NCBI GenBank assembly: GCA_904063045.1
Contig: CAJFCJ010000007.1
Location: 1,991,404-2,055,403 of the forward strand
Origin: Dimorphilus gyrociliatus
Taxonomy: Eukaryota > Animalia > Annelida
Direction: 5' to 3'
Length of the DNA stretch: 64,000 bases
Shown here: piece by piece, positions 52,613-64,000 of the stretch
Layout of the letters: each line of letters begins with the position of its first letter
How positions within the stretch are numbered: position 1 is the stretch's first letter
Position numbers and translations under genes: made by a program
The notes under the pieces: generated by a model
Told to the model about the DNA's origin: nothing
The model's database searches: none
The model's input: the letters and a program-made list of their open reading frames with translations, nothing else

Positions 52613-54518
52613 TTAGTTTTTAACCTTATCCATAGTAACATCTTTATTAAATTTTCTATCATTTCGAGCCCTTCCCATTCCCCTTGCCCGTCCCCTATAA
52701 GTTGACCTTGGCGCGCGTTGCCCGCCCCTGCTTTCTTCGCGATGATCATTCTCACTATTTCGACCATTATTAGTGGGATAGCATGCCTGAGAGGCTTTTA
52801 TACGTCCTTGTCCTGAGTTGTGATTATGTCTCGTATAGAAATGCCTTTTGCCTCGGCCAGTTACAGAGTTCAATTCATATTGTTTTCCTTTAAATTCTTC
52901 AGTTGGTTGCGCATCTGTCGTTTTAGTAGTTTTATCATTGTCGTGTGTTTTGTTGTAGTGAGGTTTTTGCGAACGGGAATAGTTTTTACGACGAGAACCC
53001 AAATTTCTACCACTCCCTCTAAAATTGGAAAACTGCTTGTATGAGTCAGAAGTCTTTCCTTTATTCGGTCTTTTATCCTTAATCATTTCTTGACTAGTTT
53101 TTCGATTATTTGCTGCAGCTCTCTTCAGCTGCTCGTTTATTAAGTTGATTGAAGTATTCATTGTCTTATCAGCGGAAGTTGAATGTTTCAATCGATATAT
53201 TTCGGTTTCGGATAATATAGTAGATTCATCATACTGAGAAAAGTTTGCCGAAAAAAAGTGTTCAATATAGTTAGACTCTAATACGATTGTAGAGAGAATA
53301 AAAGGAAAGCTCTTTCTTCTTTGCATGCCACTTGATACATTACAATTACTACCAATATCTTTAAAATTAGTTGAAGTTGACTTATTTCTTTGCCTCGTCT
53401 GATTTTTGACTGTGTTTTTGTTATTGCTGTCGCCATTTTCATCATGTTTTTTAGTTATAATCGTGTCCTATTAAACGACGAGTATTTTTATAAAGTAAAA
53501 TAATTTGTTTATACTGTAAATACAGTATATATAAATAAAACTTACAGCTTTTATTAAATATTTTGTTTTGTTTTCTTTAACATTTATAATACCTCCCTTC
53601 CTTTTTTGTTTAAGGTATATTGGCCAAAGTTTTTCTTGTTGCCTCTTCCAATTGATAAATCCTTCGGTAGGTTTAAAGATTACATCCTCCTCCGAGTTTA
53701 AAGTATTTGATTCCATCAAATTAGAAAGTTCTTCGTTATATAATATCTTTAGTCGACAGATTGGACACAATAGCTGGAAAAGTTGTTTGGAATTATTTTT
53801 TAATAGGTCTTTACAACAATATATACAAACCTCTGGATTCTCTTTTTTTCTTTGCTTTGTGTTCTGAGTTTTTTTTTCTCGCTCCTGGTGTTTAACATAT
53901 CGAATGAAACAAGAAGCATGAAAGAAATGAAAGCATTCAGTTTTAAATACACGATTAGATTCATTGAAATGATCTAAGCACAGTAAACATGGAGTGCACG
54001 GTAGGTTTGAATCCAAATAGTCTATAAGGTGCTGCAGTAAATCGAATATCACTGGATGGCCTATTCTTAATTCTAAGAACGATTGTAAATTTTCAAGGAT
54101 AAATGATAGTCTCTCATCTGATAGGCCACGACTGGTTTCGAAGGAAACTTGAGGTTTTTCATTAGGATACTAAAATAACAGTTGGTAATTTTTATAAAAG
54201 AACTCAAGAATAAAATAAACCTCTGCTGACAAATCGATAACAACTTGGGCGCAAACATTTTTTTGCTCATCATGATTCACCCTTGGTTCCAATAAGATTT
54301 TTAATTTCCACGCCCTATAGTTTGAAAATAAACTCTATCTTGGCAACAAAATAATTGCTTAACTTACGAATCATACTTTTCCACTTTCAACTCTTCATAA
54401 ATCTCTCTCACAGCCATTATTTCACATTCTCTAAGAAAAGTCAAATAAAGAGAATTAGTTGAAAATCGGATACTTTTAAAGAAAAAAAAGCTAACGTGCT
54501 GACTTCACTTTCAGCCAT
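52613..54518 (-). CDS. RNF25: E3 ubiquitin ligase RNF25 (RWD + RING-H2) with disordered Arg/Gly-rich tail
   Basis: MAESEVST|ECEIMAVREIYEEL (RWD start), MIFDLLQH, split RING CLLCLDHF...KTECFHFFHASCFIRY...CPICR, and FINWKRQQEKLWPIYLKQKRKGGII. The low-complexity last exon ends at 52613. Confidence 0.88.
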
Positions 54519-55197
54519 TAAATTAAATTTTTGTTTAACAGTATACTACAATTAACTATTTAAATCAGTTGAAAATGGAATGTTAATCCAATACAAAATG
54601 CAAAATATTGCTATATTGCCACGTGCTTATTTAGAATGATTTCTCTCTTGTAAAAGACATCCTATAGATGGTTCAGAGTGCATGGTAATATTTATAGGCC
54701 TTGAATAAGGCATTGTATGGGTATCGAATCTTTTTTGAAAGGGCGCAAAATTTAAATATTTTCAACAAATCAATAAAAAAAATCTATCCGTCTTAATGAA
54801 GCAGTACAAATTTGCATCAAGCCGGAAACTTTCAACGCATTAATCGAGCATTTCAATAAGAATCGATAGTAGTTCGAATTCTGATACAATTCAGAAAGAG
54901 CTTGAAAGCTATGTCGAACGGTTTGCCTCAACTACCAACAGTAGCGGAGGAAAGAACGAATTCGCCTCCACCTTCGGATTTTTCTCTTTTCGTGCCATCT
55001 CCGCCTAACGGGTAAATTCAGCGGTCTTTATACTGTTTATTTATTAGAATAGTAGGCATTATTGTAATGAATGACGCTAAATAGAAGGCTTAAAGTCAGA
55101 GCAAATACGATTTCTTTGAATAAAAGTTATGATAAGAAATAGACAAATGACCGAATAAAAGTGTCGAATTCCATTGGAAAGTGATTAGTCGAGCTAT

Positions 55198-55500
55198 TTG
55201 CCAGTTGAGAGCACTATGACGACGAGGAGAGGGTCTAACCATGCCGGAGCACTAAAAAAACGAATAGGTGCTATATTAAAGGATACTAAAACTTCTAGAC
55301 AGTCACCTAAGGATGAAATTATTCAAGACGGCGATCTCGTATATAGGACTATTAGAACCTATCCCTCCATTAGAAATCGATCACCAGATCTCAGAACATC
55401 AATAGTTCGCCTCAGTGCTCTCGATGGTAAAAGTTTTATTTCTCCCGAAAGACGTTCATCATCTCAAGACGAAAACTTTTCGCCAAAAGTTGATAGGTAA
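55198..55500 (+). CDS. Possible small orphan coding exon (Ser/Arg-rich, about 95-100 aa)
   Basis: Stop-free frame with above-background GC, possible ATG at 55216. I could not join it in phase to the upstream ATG-containing segment 54911-55011 with a strong acceptor. Confidence 0.3.
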   Translation: MPVESTMTTRRGSNHAGALKKRIGAILKDTKTSRQSPKDEIIQDGDLVYRTIRTYPSIRNRSPDLRTSIVRLSALDGKSFISPERRSSSQDENFSPKVDR

Positions 55501-55659
55501 ACCCATGCCATCTGTCGCATTAGCAATATATCTCCTCTAGGCCTAATTATAGCGCATGCGTATCAATCGTTGGTAACCAGAAAATGGCGCTAGCGTATAC
55601 AAATCGAATTATCGTTACTTATCAAGTAGTTTTAATGTAAAGAATATAATTTGAATTTT

Positions 55660-58600
55660 ATGGCTGCTAAAGGTCCTAAAAAAAGTGGAGGTGGTAGATC
55701 AGATTCAGCACTTAGGAAAGAGTAAGTCAAAAGAATTGTTAAATGACTGCAACAACATAGTTTATCGTGTTTTCGGCTTTTTAAATAATGTTAATTTGTT
55801 AATTTTATCATTTAATTTTTAATCTAAATTTTAAGGGCTGCCTCAATTGCAACAAGCCTGGGGAACAAAGAAAAGAGAAATATAATAATTTGGCCAGAAT
55901 GGAATGATGCTGATTTAAATACTGAAAAATGGGATGCTGTTCATCGAGTAGATAAAAAAGCAGAAAAAGGAAAATCTCCAGTTGTTCAGCACTATTTTGA
56001 TGATCCTGAAGCCAGAGTTGAATTTTTTGCTTGTGGGTTTAAACCTGTTTCCTGGAAAAGACCTCAAGAATTTATACTTGACAAAGTTCCTGTTGTTATT
56101 GACCCTGAACATTGCACAGGATTCGATTTGATTTCATGTAGCGAAGTTGCTCACGAAAATGAACTAATACGACACATTTCTAGCCAAATATCATCTTTAT
56201 TCCTTGTACGCCGTCTTAAAGGCCAAACATCAGAAGAGAACGTACCTTTCGATGGGACTTATACATATCGTTGGCGACCTTGGGAACATATATTTATGGC
56301 AAAACTTGCGGGTAAAGGACCTAATGCTCCCACCTTTAACCCGTTCGGAAAGTATGCAGTCAAAATATATTGGATGGGTTGTTGGCGAAAAATTATTATC
56401 GATGACTCTATTCCGTTCGACGATAATGATAAACCACTTTTACCATGCACCAAACAACCACAAGAACTTTGGCCAATGTTATTAACGAAAGCCCTTCTAA
56501 AAATTGCTGCTATAGACTTTGGCTCCGGATCTCCTTATTTAGACTTTGGCGACTTCAACGTTATTGAATGTCTAACTGGATGGGTTCCGGAAACTATTCC
56601 ATTGCAGTGTGGTTATCGAAGTGAAATGTGGAATCTGTTGAAGAATGTACTGCCTGAATTCAAATTACCGGATCCCGAAAAAGAAAAGGAAGCCGCATCT
56701 CAGATTGCAACTGATATTGAGGTCTAATATTGAAAAACAGATTTTATTCAGAAAACTAATGTCGAATTTTTTCTTTAGGAACCAGCAAAGTCAGAAGAAA
56801 TTGTAAAAGATGCTAAAGCTGTTGATACTAAAAATCAGAAAGATACCAAGAAAGATAAAAGTGACAAAAAGGATAAGAAAGACAACAAGGAAAAAGCAAG
56901 TAAGTAATTGTAAGATGGAATAAAACTAATATCCTAATAATTTACCGTAAGCCATGTAGCAAAACTCTTCCATAACCATTAGATAACGACGGTTTTAAAT
57001 AAAATCTGTTGTTAAAATAGTAGAAAGTATTAGCATAGATAAACCTTTCACAGCAAAACGATCCAAGCATAAACACGTCGAAACAGACGATGTAGCAGGT
57101 GACTGATTTGTTAAGCACAATTATTTTTTTCATATCAAGATAGTCCCCATCCCTTTTCTTTATTGCATGCAGACACCTGTGATAGATAATCATATTTTCA
57201 TATTGTTTTGAATTACTGCGTGTTTAGATAAACGAGACGCGAAGCGAATGTCAGTGCAGTCAGCTAGAGCTGCATCAGGTAGGGTATTATGGCGCTTAAT
57301 AGAAAATTATAAAATTATTATTGGGTATTAAAGCAACGAAAATATTAAGTTTTTAATCATTCGCTGTTGCTTGATTGTTAATTTTTGCTATGTATTTGTT
57401 TATTATCCTAGTTTGCTAGCTAGTTAGAAATGTAAACGAAGATAAGTTTGCTGATGTTAAATTCTGCATGATTCTTTTAAGTCTGCATTTTTTTTCGCAT
57501 GCTCTTAATTGAATATTACGAATTACGAATTTTCATTTTTATCAATTTCTTTTCAGAGGAGAAGAGTATAGTTCTTGACGAAAATGCAACTCCTCAAAAT
57601 CCGGAATTAATAGTTCTTGCTAGTTATTGTGGTCCACCAAAGTTTCCAATGAAAGTATCAGCTCTTACTGAGATGGCAGACGCAAGCGAAAGGCTACGAC
57701 AAACTGGCTTTTCTCACCAATATACTCATTCCGTTCTCCTTCAGCAGACGAGGTATGGTAATATTTAGGCTGACAAGGCTTCAAATTTTCCTTAATTTTC
57801 TTTATAGATCTTGCCCTCTGGAACCTCCACCTCCGCAAGAAATTGTGCCCAACTGGAAGCTTATTCGACCTCGAAAGAAAAAAGGAACTCCATCTGATTT
57901 ACCAGAAGAGGAAGAGATAGAGAAGCCAATTCAAAGTGTTGAATTGTTTTCTCCATTTCTGGATTATAAAGTCAGCCATATGCCAATTCCACAAAAGACG
58001 AAGAGGCCTAAATCAGCTTTAGAAAGACATTCCACAAAGGTATCTCCAGCTGACCCTATTGAGGAAGAAGACAAGCCCAAACCAATTCCATCTCCATCGC
58101 CACCAATTCAGAGAGAAGCCACACCTCCCGTTCCTCCGGCTGTCTCAACTCAACCTTCAGTGGATTTAGTAAGCTTTCCAATCTTATAACTATAATTACT
58201 GATGTAAGATCTTATAGAAAAATGGAACTGACGACGGTAAAAAGAAACAACCTGCTGCAAATTCCAACAACACTAAAGTTACTGCGCCATCACCGGATGT
58301 AAGTAGATAAAAAGATACCCTTAAATAAAATTATAAAATATTGAATTTTACAGAAAAATTCAAAGAAGAAAGGACCTTCAACACCAACAGGGAGCATAAC
58401 TACAAAAGATTCTGGCAAAGAAGAAATTCCCAAAGTCACAGAACCTTCGCAAGGATCACAAGAAGTAGCTACTTCAGAAGTAGACAAAACTGAAATGACA
58501 AAAAGACAATCTCTATGGATGGATTATGAGATATTTTCTAGGTGTTTTAGGTATGTAATAGGTCAATTTATCTTTATCAGTGTTTAATATAACGCTTAAT

Positions 58601-61600
58601 TTTAGGATGATAACTATTTATCATAAAACGGAAACATATCAATTTTCGGCAAAAGATTCGGATTTGACCAAAGTATCTACTCCATCTCCAACAAGAGATA
58701 AGAAAGGAGCAGCGGGAGCAGCCGTGGTATATTTTATAGATATCAAGAGTTTTTTTTAAATATATTAATTTTTCAATATCCTTTCAGCCACAAGAAGAGA
58801 AATCTCCAATGTTTTTATGTAAGATTGAAAATCTGTACAAGAACATAAATACTTATAATAACAATTTTAACAGTTGTAGATAGCTTGAGAACAAGTGAAA
58901 TTGTCGTTTCCTTCAATGCTCTATGTCGTTGGCCAGCTGAGCGTAGTATTGGTTTGTTGCCCTCTAAAACTAAGTCGGATTCGGAAAGCACCTCAGAATC
59001 TCCGCTTCAGAATTCATCTGCAACATTTAACGAGATAATTCAGCCAGGATTACTTGTCGCTGAACCATATTCTTGGAAAACTGTTGTAACTGGTCAACCT
59101 ATACTACGCCTTAGGACAACAGGTTCTAAATCTGCAGTGATGACTTTACAACCTGGTCGTCATCTCTTAAAATTGCATACAAACTCTCCTCTTGGTTATC
59201 ATATTCATTTCCTTTCTGCAACTCCATTCGTTTTCGGTGACGAAGATAAGATTATGAACGAACTCGTAAAAGAAAGCGCTAGATTTTTAAATTCGTCTCA
59301 ACTTTTAGCAAAAGCATTGGGAAAATGTCTTACATCTTTGTCAGACACAGAAAAATTAAAAGAAGCTTGGGATGAGTTTATTTCCATCCATTGTCCCTAT
59401 TTGGCAGAGAAAAACGCAAGGATTAAGAGACATTTTTCAATTTGGAATGAAGCTCTATTTTTAACTGTTCAAAAATTTTTGAAAGAAGATGCCTCTAACT
59501 TTCGAACTCCGGAAATGGCTTTTGCATGGCGCGTTTTAACTCAGGATTGCACATCTACTAATATTTTAGGGCAGGATCTAAGTCACTCTCGTCCAGGTTA
59601 GATAAATAATAAAAAATGCCAATCAGCACACTTTTTTTAATAATTGTTGTTCATAACTGGTCATGTTTACTTTGCACCTATCGTTTGTATTTTAGTCGGT
59701 TTGCGCACTGAAACTTCCAACACACCGCGACCACCAGTTGTCGCTCCCCCGCCTGCAGGTATTCTAACTAATTACAAGAGATGAAAAAGCAATAATATAT
59801 CCTACTTTTATCTATCTTGTGTTTATTTTTTTTATTGCTTTCATACATGAAATTCTCATTCAGGAGATTAGGAGATTTTTTTTTATTATAATCGTTTCTT
59901 TATATTATTTTATTAGTTTGGTTTGCTGTTGTATTTTTTTTTTGTTTGGTTCCCGTGTGCATTATCTCTTATACAAAAAGTTCTAACTGCTTTGAATATA
60001 GTTTTCTATATTCTTTAATAGTTAAATTTTCGTTATTTTTACTTTTTATTACATCAGCTTTATAATTCCTTTGGATTCCATTTTTTATGTTTTTGTTTTT
60101 TCTATAGCTACGGCTGCAGCTGGTAGCGTTCGTGGTTCTGCTAGAGATTCAAAAATGAAGAAACGTGCCTCTGAAAAAAATAAAGAAGGTAAATTTTAAA
60201 TAAGAAGTAATTCTGTACGATTTACAAATTGCCTTTTGTATATTTTAACTAAATTTATTAACAATTATAATTAAAAAAAAAATGGTAATACTTAATGCTA
60301 CTCGCAGCGGAACAGCATGCCGATCGTTTGGCTAATGGTAGGTCTTAATAAGAAAAATATAGTTATAGTTTTCTATCGTTCTTATGTTAAGGAATATTTT
60401 TCTTATGTTGTTTCTATTTTTTATTTCTCCTCGATATCTATTCAGCTATATTATTGATTGGGATTTTTACTTTTTTTTTTATCTTTCCATCTTCTCTCAA
60501 GTGTCGTTCGATTATTGTAAAAAAAAAAGTTTATTGGGTTTATGTGTTTTCTTTTATAAGCCTCTAAAGAAGCTTTCATATACTGAAATTGACAATTTTT
60601 GCTTTACAATTATTTCAGAAGCTCAACACGGGGAAAAGGAAAAGGATCCCCGTATTGAATATTGGATTAATAGATACCAAAAGGAAGAAATTACTGTGGA
60701 AGAACAAGTTGCAGCCACAAGAATTCAAAAAGTTTATAAAGGTCATTGGGTCAGAAGTATTTTAAAAGCGAGAAGACCAAACTTGATGTTTGTAAAGATG
60801 AAAGAGAAGGGGGAATACACTTACATTGATTTAAATTTGAGATGTTCAGAATGGCTACAAAAATCCTGGAATATTATCGAACCAAAAACAGAGGAATTTG
60901 GATTACAACTCTTTAGGAATGTTTTTAGGAAAGATCCAGATATGTTGGAACGATATACTTTTCACAAAGACGAATGGAATAAAATTTCTTATCAAGATTT
61001 CAGCGGTACATATCCTGAGAAAGCCCATAACTCTTGGTTCGTACTCTTCAAAGAAATTTTTTATGTTTCTGAAGAACTTCCAGAAGTATTGTGCGTTCCA
61101 AAATTATATGTACCATTTCAAGCGGCCATGGTTCGAGTTGTTGACAATGACACTGGCCAAGAATTACCTAAAGTATTTAATAAAGTCTCTCCGCATATTT
61201 ACCGCTTGAATAGAAAAGGCTACACATTCATGGCTGAAGCCAGAACGTCTGATAGTCCTATTCCAGCTGGTAGATGGAGGCTACGGTTGATAGGATCTGC
61301 ATCTCCACTCCCTGCACCGGCTAAGCCAGAGGCTATAAGTGCCGCTTTTGACGTTCATGAAATTCGAGATTACTATGTTCCCAAAAATAGCTTGTTTTTG
61401 CGGTACAATGTTAAAAATGTGTCTGATGATCAAGTTGCGGTCGTTCAGCTATCAACGTCGAATAGTGACGTCCAAATCAAGATAACTGTTTTTGATAATG
61501 ACATAGAAGTAGCAAGTACTCAAGGAAAAGGTCATGCAGTTATTCCGGCAGTTCTATTTCACCGAACGCAACCTTTAGATGACGAAACATCGAGTAAAAG

Positions 61601-63183
61601 GAGCTCCTCTAGGGCATCGGCAAGAGGAGGTGGAGGTGGAGGAAAAACTGACAAAAAGAGTAAGAGAGGACAATCACCTGCCACAACTTTAGCTGCTTCG
61701 GTATGTGGACAGGAAGAAACTGTTCACAAATATGTTATAGAAGCTACTGTTCTGAATAATTCCTGGCCTCTAACGGAACGCAATTGGGCGTTTGTGACAC
61801 AATTAAAGGAGCAAGAAAAGAATGAATTGAAAGGTAATGTATGCTAAAAACACCCGCGCGTTTGTCAATCCTAGTTTTGTAGCGTGAATTTAGCATGAGC
61901 ATGATTTGTATATTCCTTGTACAGTTTTCCTACCTCCTGATCAACAGCCTGTCCAACCAGAAATCCCACCCGAAGGTACCCTTGTGTTTAGTTGATACCT
62001 TTACTATGAGTTATATATTTCCTACAGTGAGCAATAGACCCACATCTGGTGGAAAATCAAAAGGAAAAGGGTCAAAGGGGGCAAAGGCAGCTGGAAAAGA
62101 TAAACTTTCCAGGCCGCCATCGCAGCAATTCGATATCGGTAGACCACATTGGATTCTGAGGGTCGTGAGTGAAAGCAGTGACACCCTGCAAGTACGTAAA
62201 GACACGGAGAGAGCTGATCAAATAAAATCAATGAAGAGAGCTTGGGAAGAAGCAGAACCTGGAAGGGCAGCTAAAGCCGTTCAATCCAGAGCAAAGTTTT
62301 TGGGAGAAAATCTAATTGATATTGAACAGCCTGAAAAGAGTGACCAACAACCAACGTCTGATGAGGATACCTTATTAAACGATCCGCCTCCACCGCCTCC
62401 TCCTACGCAAATATTAAAAGAGCTGGATATCGATCAGTTTAAAAGGCGAACAACTGAAACACCCAAACTACTGGATGAAGTTGAGGAAGCTAAACGAATG
62501 ATAAAACGCAAAGAAGAAATGAGCTCTTATAGAGAACATCGAGACTACGTTGAAAAGAGGAGAAAAGAAGATAGAGTTAATAGGAATAAAGAGAAAATCA
62601 ATCAAATTGATATGTATACTCGTTTACAGGTATAAGATTATTTCATATCAATTCTATACTTTTCTTGTTTTAATCATCATTTCTGAATCTTTTTTTTAAC
62701 AATTACGCCTGTTGCAGTTGGAAGTAAACAAAATGCGACGAATTTACGAACGTCGCTTAAGAGCTTTTAGACGCCCGTTGTCTAATGCTAACCGCCCTTT
62801 AACTAGTAGTTCATATGCAGGATTTAGCTCCGCTAATAATTATCCTGTTAGCCCATACCCTCGATCCATGTCCGCTACTCCTTACCCAGCACACTCACGC
62901 GTTTCATCCCTTCTTTAGGCGTTTAATTTCGGTTAACCCAATTTTTTTTTTAAAACTGAGCACACCGTTTTAGATGGAGCTCGAGAAACTCCGAGAACAG
63001 GTTGATATGCCAAGAGAAGCTTACAGACAAAAATTGTTAGAAGCAGAAAGACTCCGACAAGAAGAGATTGCAGCAAGAGAAGCAGCTTTAAGTGCTGAAT
63101 TGGAAAAAGAGAATTCAGGCAAAAAGAGCCCAAAAGGAAAGAAGGGAAAAGGAAGCGCGAAAGGAAAAAAAGGGAAAAAATAA
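55660..63183 (+). CDS. ADGB: Androglobin (calpain-like domain + circularly permuted globin split by an IQ motif)
   Basis: IIWPEWNDADLNTEKWD, FNPFGKYAVKIYWMGCWRKIIIDD and ELWPMLLTKALLK (calpain-like). Globin helices C-H with proximal His (ISIHCPY), IQ motif AATRIQKVYKGHWVR, then helices A-B (LQKSWNIIE...GLQLFRNVF), PHWILRVVS, REAYRQKLLEAE and a Lys-rich end. Confidence 0.96.
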
Positions 63184-63267
63184 ATTGTTCGTCTTATTCC
63201 ATCCATGAAATGTTTCTATTTATCACATAAAAATTTAAAAAAAGAATAAAGAAAAATGATTAACTGA

Positions 63268-64000
63268 TTATAACTTTTTCCAAACTTCATAGAAAACCCA
63301 ACTGAAATTTTAAATAAAAGAGAAATTATTTTTTATTATCTTATTGTTAAAATTAGATTTCTTACCATTCGAGGTAGGATGGTACAAATACCTTTTCCTT
63401 ACTATATTCCACCCGTGTTTCAAGCAGGTTCAATTGCTTTTCATACATTTTAAGTGCTGATTGAGCATTTAAACCATTTCCTTGGGTGAAATATTTGCCG
63501 TTATCTGACAAAACGCTTATCGATAAGTTTAATATTTTTCTCATGAATTCCCACATTTCACCTAAAATGTAGTTTTATTATCAGTATAAGAAAATCCTGG
63601 AGATTGCTTCTATACTTACCAACTGGTTCTGGAGTAACTGGTATGGCAGTTAAATCGTTTATTACGTAATCAAATTTCTTTCCTTCTTTTATAAATTTTT
63701 CCAGCCAAGGTACGCAGTCCTCGACTATGACCTTATAGTTATCACCTTCCAATTTATCCATTGCGCTATCGCATATTCCTCTCAAATATTTTACGGAGGC
63801 ATCAATAACGACCTGATCGATTTCAACCATAGTTACATAAGCAGGATTCTGTTTAAGCAACTCATTTAGAATACCACCATCTCCTCCTCCAAGTATAAGA
63901 ATATTTTTATCTTTAAAGTTCTCTCTTCCAGAACCGCAAATAGTTCTTGTATAGATTATGTCGCTTTCGGCCAAATTAGGATCGTCGTCCAATATCAGCA
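63268..64000 (-). CDS. SMS: Spermine synthase, 3' part (5' end outside window)
   Basis: [57 protein letters not shown] and VPSYLE|[10 protein letters not shown]. Stop at 63270-63268. Confidence 0.95.

Noticed and set aside
60384-60618. Hydrophobic N-terminal extension of the 487-aa ORF, suggesting a membrane protein
   Set aside because: It is T-rich intron sequence read through in frame. The real exon starts at the TTTCAG acceptor at 60618.
25558-63183. Two calpain-domain genes (CAPN15 and androglobin) in one window as a possible functional cluster
   Set aside because: They are 27 kb apart with many unrelated genes between, so co-occurrence is probably chance.
1-64000. Numerous 60-155 aa ORFs antisense or out of frame to the called genes
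   Set aside because: Shadow ORFs of real coding exons with no independent evidence.

Overview
This is AT-rich, gene-dense eukaryotic (animal) genomic DNA with mostly very short GT-AG introns (about 45-65 nt). No rRNA, tRNA, CRISPR array or intact transposon was recognised. The compactness and gene content suggest a compact-genome lophotrochozoan, for example the annelid Dimorphilus gyrociliatus (inference, not verified). About 18 protein-coding genes can be built by hand: three paralogous SUEL-lectin/CUB-like/sushi-like single-pass receptors, sestrin, DCAF6, an Eph receptor, an unknown helical protein, an SLC46-type MFS transporter, calpain-15/SOL, a DUF4140-DUF4139 protein, a highly divergent forkhead protein, a C18orf21/RMP24-like gene missed by the ORF track, a nuclear receptor with an atypical CEACKV P-box, an SLC5A sodium/sugar symporter, LSD1/KDM1A, RNF25, androglobin, and the 3' part of spermine synthase. 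The most notable observations are: (1) the sestrin lacks the leucine-binding lid but keeps its GATOR2-binding DD motif; (2) the lectin-receptor paralogs carry ITIM-like, YxxI or nearly absent tails; (3) androglobin has several frame-preserving cassette exons, including three inside its split globin, plus a probable alternative last exon; (4) the Fox protein has a rewritten recognition helix; (5) a CTCF-like motif sits about 90-260 bp upstream of many start codons. Exon boundaries were read by eye, and comparisons with human proteins are from memory and need alignment to confirm.
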